Source: Promethearchaeota archaeon (GTDB lineage Archaea; Asgardarchaeota; Lokiarchaeia; Sigyniarchaeales; SOKP01). Taken from it: a DNA stretch of 64,000 bases. The notes under the pieces are model-generated. The model searched no databases. It worked only from the letters and a program-made list of their open reading frames with translations, and was not told the origin of the DNA. The position numbers and the translations under genes were made by a program. This document shows, one piece after another, positions 60,836 to 64,000 of this stretch (position 1 is its first letter; each line of letters opens with the position of its first letter). Location of the stretch: assembly GCA_030603385.1 (NCBI GenBank), contig JAUVXW010000006.1, forward strand, positions 1 through 64,000, read 5' to 3'.

Positions 60836-62092
60836 TTAACTATTCAAAATTATTATTATATCTGCGAAAAATTCTGAAAGATCTGAAATTTCTACTGAAG
60901 AAATATCATCATAATCTTTTTTAATACAGTTTAAATGAACATTACATTTAGGACACGATGTAAATAGTTGAGTAGCAACTTCTTTTGCTTCTAAGATACG
61001 GGTGTATCGTAATGCTTTAGAGCGCTCGTTACAATTTAACCAAGAGCTTACTCCACAGCATAAGGAATTTTCTTGATTGTGTTTCATTTCTTTAAAATTA
61101 TATCCTAAGACCTGTAAGTAATTAAAGATTTCCCTTAAATTTTTTACCAAGTTATTGTCGGCTGGTAAAAATCTACTTAACCTACATGGATCATGATATG
61201 TAAAAGTGGTTTTCTTATATTTTTCATTTGGTTTTTTAAAATCAATCTTACCTTGCTTCCACTTATCATAAACATATTCTATAATATGTTTAACATCAAA
61301 TTGCTCATTGAAATCATCAAATAAATTCGAATAATCTACCTTGAATGTCCTGTAGCATTCCGCACAAGCAGTGATTATTGTTGTTATTCCTGCTTTTTCA
61401 AAATTTTCTCGATTCTTCTTTGCTAACTCAATAAAAACTTCAAATTTTCCTTGACCCCAATATAAATCATGTCCGCAACAAATTTCTTCCTTAAGTACAA
61501 CGATTGGGTCATTTTCAATTTGACAAATAGTTTTTAAAGTACTTGCTGAGATAGATTTTAAATTCTGAAAATCGTAATCGAAAAACGGTAAACATCCTAC
61601 ATAATATAGAGTTTTACCTTTATTTGCAATCTTACAACCTTTTGGGATCCAATCTAAAGGTCGATTGACATTAATATTGTTTTGGCTCATTAACTCACCC
61701 ATCGTAGGATAAATTCCTTTATGAGCAATGGATCGATCAAGATTATGAATTCCCTTATTTCTCATTTTATATCTTAGAATTCGAGCAATATCCGCAAAAT
61801 TTATGTCTTTAGGACAATTTTGAAGACAACTATTACATGTCAAACAATCCCACAATAGTCCATTTTCAACTATCTCGTCTTCAAAACCTTCCAAGATCAT
61901 TTGGATGATCCTACTAGGTGTAAATTTCTGAACCTTACTAATTTGGCATACTCCTGAGCATCGTGCGCACTGATAACATTTTTTCAACAAATTTCTTAAA
62001 TCTGTTTCATATATTTTATCTAAATAAATATGATTTTCATCAATTTCTTGGTCAATTTTACTGCGTTTTTTTGGCTCAGTCAGGTAACTCAC
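60836..62092 (-). CDS. HdrD/GlpC-like Fe-S oxidoreductase, paralog of 48232-49530
   Basis: CYQCARCSGVC, two CCG domains. Confidence 0.92.
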   Translation of the reverse strand: MSYLTEPKKRSKIDQEIDENHIYLDKIYETDLRNLLKKCYQCARCSGVCQISKVQKFTPSRIIQMILEGFEDEIVENGLLWDCLTCNSCLQNCPKDINFADIARILRYKMRNKGIHNLDRSIAHKGIYPTMGELMSQNNINVNRPLDWIPKGCKIANKGKTLYYVGCLPFFDYDFQNLKSISASTLKTICQIENDPIVVLKEEICCGHDLYWGQGKFEVFIELAKKNRENFEKAGITTIITACAECYRTFKVDYSNLFDDFNEQFDVKHIIEYVYDKWKQGKIDFKKPNEKYKKTTFTYHDPCRLSRFLPADNNLVKNLREIFNYLQVLGYNFKEMKHNQENSLCCGVSSWLNCNERSKALRYTRILEAKEVATQLFTSCPKCNVHLNCIKKDYDDISSVEISDLSEFFADIIIILNS

Positions 62093-62099
62093 ATCCTTA

Positions 62100-63200
62100 C
62101 TATAAATTTTTCATAAAACTTACTTCCCGTTCCATTTTTGAATGAGAGAACTTTGTTATTAGCTCTTTCATATTTTCTTTTTCAGGAGCTTTAAGTACTA
62201 AATTTTTGATAATTTTTTCACCTAAAACTTTATGAAATAATTTTTTGCCTTTTTCTGTACGGGGAATTACAGTGGTGTATTTATCTGGAGATCCAAGCCC
62301 TCCAAAAGAAATGTCTGAATAAATATTGGTGAAATCAGCACAACTAAAGCAAGCGGGACGTACATAATCAACTATTTTATCAAAGGGAATATGTACTACT
62401 CTCCCTTCTGGATCAATTTTTAAAATAAGATCCTCTTTAATGTTTATTTTTGTGATATTTTCAAACTTAACATCAAAATCTTTCTCAAATCTTTTTATTT
62501 GAGATTTGTCAAAAAGAAAATTGTGATAACAAAACAATCCTAAACAAATTTCAATATATTCTGAAGGAGTAACCCCTAAATTTTGCATACATCTAATTGT
62601 ATAAATTTGACAAGGAGTTCCTACTATTGCTAGTTTTTTAAACTTATAATGGTTTAATTGTGGAATGGAGCGTGTGTAGGTACAGAAGTTCTGGATTTCA
62701 TCTAATTGTGTAGATATTTCAAGTTTTATCCCTGAACCTTTAATTAAATCCATTTTATCACCAGCAAACATAGCTTCTCTGGAAAAAGGTCCCTGAACTT
62801 TAGCAACTATTGCTCCATCTATTAATTTCTTTTCTATCATATAATTAATTATTGAGTTCACTACTCCACCATCAGTTCCATATTTTAGAAAATCAGAATC
62901 AGTAGATTGGCAAGAAAAAATATCTTCGAAATGACCAAGTGGCATTGATTTAAAATCTGTAAATTTATAAGTTTTGTTAAGCTCATCATCTAAGATATGA
63001 GTTTGAGGACAGAGATAATAACAAATGCCACATTCAAGGCAGGCATCCTTATTTACATATTCTGGGGGTGAATTCGGTTTTTTAAAACCTATTACTTTTT
63101 CGAATGCTGCTGAACAAAAAGAAGTGCATCCTCCACATTCTTGACAGATTCCTTTTTCATGAACTTCCTTAATTAAATCTTGAAATGTTTTTATACTCAT
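62100..63200 (-). CDS. Coenzyme F420 hydrogenase/dehydrogenase beta subunit (FrhB/FdhB) with N-terminal ferredoxin
   Basis: CQECGGC, CLECGICYYLCP, DGGVV, VGTPCQ, GLFC, CFSCADF...DISFGGLG. Confidence 0.92.
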   Translation of the reverse strand: MSIKTFQDLIKEVHEKGICQECGGCTSFCSAAFEKVIGFKKPNSPPEYVNKDACLECGICYYLCPQTHILDDELNKTYKFTDFKSMPLGHFEDIFSCQSTDSDFLKYGTDGGVVNSIINYMIEKKLIDGAIVAKVQGPFSREAMFAGDKMDLIKGSGIKLEISTQLDEIQNFCTYTRSIPQLNHYKFKKLAIVGTPCQIYTIRCMQNLGVTPSEYIEICLGLFCYHNFLFDKSQIKRFEKDFDVKFENITKINIKEDLILKIDPEGRVVHIPFDKIVDYVRPACFSCADFTNIYSDISFGGLGSPDKYTTVIPRTEKGKKLFHKVLGEKIIKNLVLKAPEKENMKELITKFSHSKMEREVSFMKNL

Positions 63201-63216
63201 AATAAAAATTTTTAAT

Positions 63217-63999
63217 TTACTTTTTTTCTAATTTGATTGATTTACAGTTTTTTCTTTTGGTGCCAGCAATCCTTTCTAATAAGGGTTGTCCTGGTTTAAC
63301 CTCCTTTAAGCTTTTAGATTCTATTAATCCTGCTTTAATTGCATCTTTATAGATTTTATCACCTTTTTTGTTTCGCGTAATTACTGTAGACCAACCACTA
63401 GGGGACCCAATCGATCCGACAGAAATATCAGCATAATCAGCAGTTAAATCCTCACAAAAATGACAATTATGGCGAGCGTAGGATTTAACTTCTTTTAAGG
63501 GTACTCCAAAATCTTCACCCGAATCTAAATATATAATAAATTTGCCCCCACTTATATCCATTTTAGTAACTTTTTTAAAATCTTTATCAAATTGATCTTT
63601 AATTAAATTAAGTACACCTTCATATGGAAAAGATTCCATGCAGAAAAGCCCTATTCTATATTTGATGTTTTTGAAAAAAGGTTGTCCACTTGGAAATAAA
63701 TACCCTTTTTTCAATGCATTCATCATACAAGGAACTCCTACGACTGCAATATTTTCGTACTTTTTTGTTTCATCAATGATACTCAAAGTTGAGGCATTAG
63801 CGTATTTAGTGCCACTGGTTTTGTACAGATCTTTAACATTTTCAACTATTACTGGCTCTGGTTTCCATAGTTCCTCTGAATGTTTAACAGCTACAATTGC
63901 ATCAACTAATTTATTCTTGAGTAAATATTCAAGTAAAGAAGTAACTATCCCCCCATCTTGTCTTACTTTTTTAATATTGTCTTTAGTGGTGGTGGCAGA
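63217..63999 (-). CDS. FrhB/FdhB-family subunit, 5' end beyond the window
   Basis: Frame open to the window edge: QDGGIVTSLL...SGTKY...VGVPC...GLFCME...CHFCED..ADYADISVGSIG. Confidence 0.92.
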   Translation of the reverse strand, partial: SATTTKDNIKKVRQDGGIVTSLLEYLLKNKLVDAIVAVKHSEELWKPEPVIVENVKDLYKTSGTKYANASTLSIIDETKKYENIAVVGVPCMMNALKKGYLFPSGQPFFKNIKYRIGLFCMESFPYEGVLNLIKDQFDKDFKKVTKMDISGGKFIIYLDSGEDFGVPLKEVKSYARHNCHFCEDLTADYADISVGSIGSPSGWSTVITRNKKGDKIYKDAIKAGLIESKSLKEVKPGQPLLERIAGTKRKNCKSIKLEKK

Positions 64000-64000
64000 A

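Noticed and set aside
3739-62145. Many short ORFs in the track antisense to or nested in strong genes (e.g. 3739, 4694, 5039, 5616, 8111, 11530, 14354, 16090, 16770, 21455, 24801, 26159, 28674, 31816, 38767, 45279-47682, 50428-52006, 54618-59181, 61963)
   Set aside because: They are shadow frames of well-supported CDSs with no recognisable motifs or SD sites.
1-64000. rRNA, tRNA, CRISPR arrays, transposases, integrases
   Set aside because: No GC-rich structured RNA islands, regular repeat-spacer arrays or recombinase/transposase motifs were seen by eye; a covariance-model scan was not possible.

Overview
AT-rich archaeal DNA, most likely an Asgard archaeon (Lokiarchaeia-like). This is inferred from GGTGA/GAGG Shine-Dalgarno sites, an Arf-like small GTPase, longin/uDENN-like proteins and a large HdrA/MvhD/FrhB expansion. 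From left to right: (1) a metal/Fe-S cofactor gene cluster (FeoA, DtxR, IscU, Mrp, NifB/NifX-like x3, COG1149 ATPases, DUF134) with a repeated TGAAT-N4-ATTCA palindrome in its promoters; (2) a VWA gene and its MoxR AAA+ partner, separated by ~6 kb that includes a wHTH gene and a large zinc-ribbon/PD-(D/E)xK nuclease; (3) a radical SAM/SPASM gene followed by three paralogous small membrane peptides and a methyltransferase-TPR gene (RiPP-like); (4) a thiolase x2/HMGS-like-DUF35 cluster and tyrosine phenol-lyase; (5) eukaryote-signature-like genes and housekeeping enzymes; (6) ~19 kb of hdrA x4/hdrD-like x2/mvhD x3/frhB x2. Top finding: the moxR gene is interrupted just after Walker B by a 32-nt insertion (16566-16597, minus strand) that folds into a bulge-helix-bulge-type motif. 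Cleavage at the canonical tRNA-splicing-endonuclease positions removes exactly those 32 nt and restores DEIDKADIEFPNDLL, so this is a candidate archaeal-type intron in a protein-coding mRNA. No rRNA, tRNA, CRISPR array or transposase was recognised. All calls are by eye from motifs, with no database searches.
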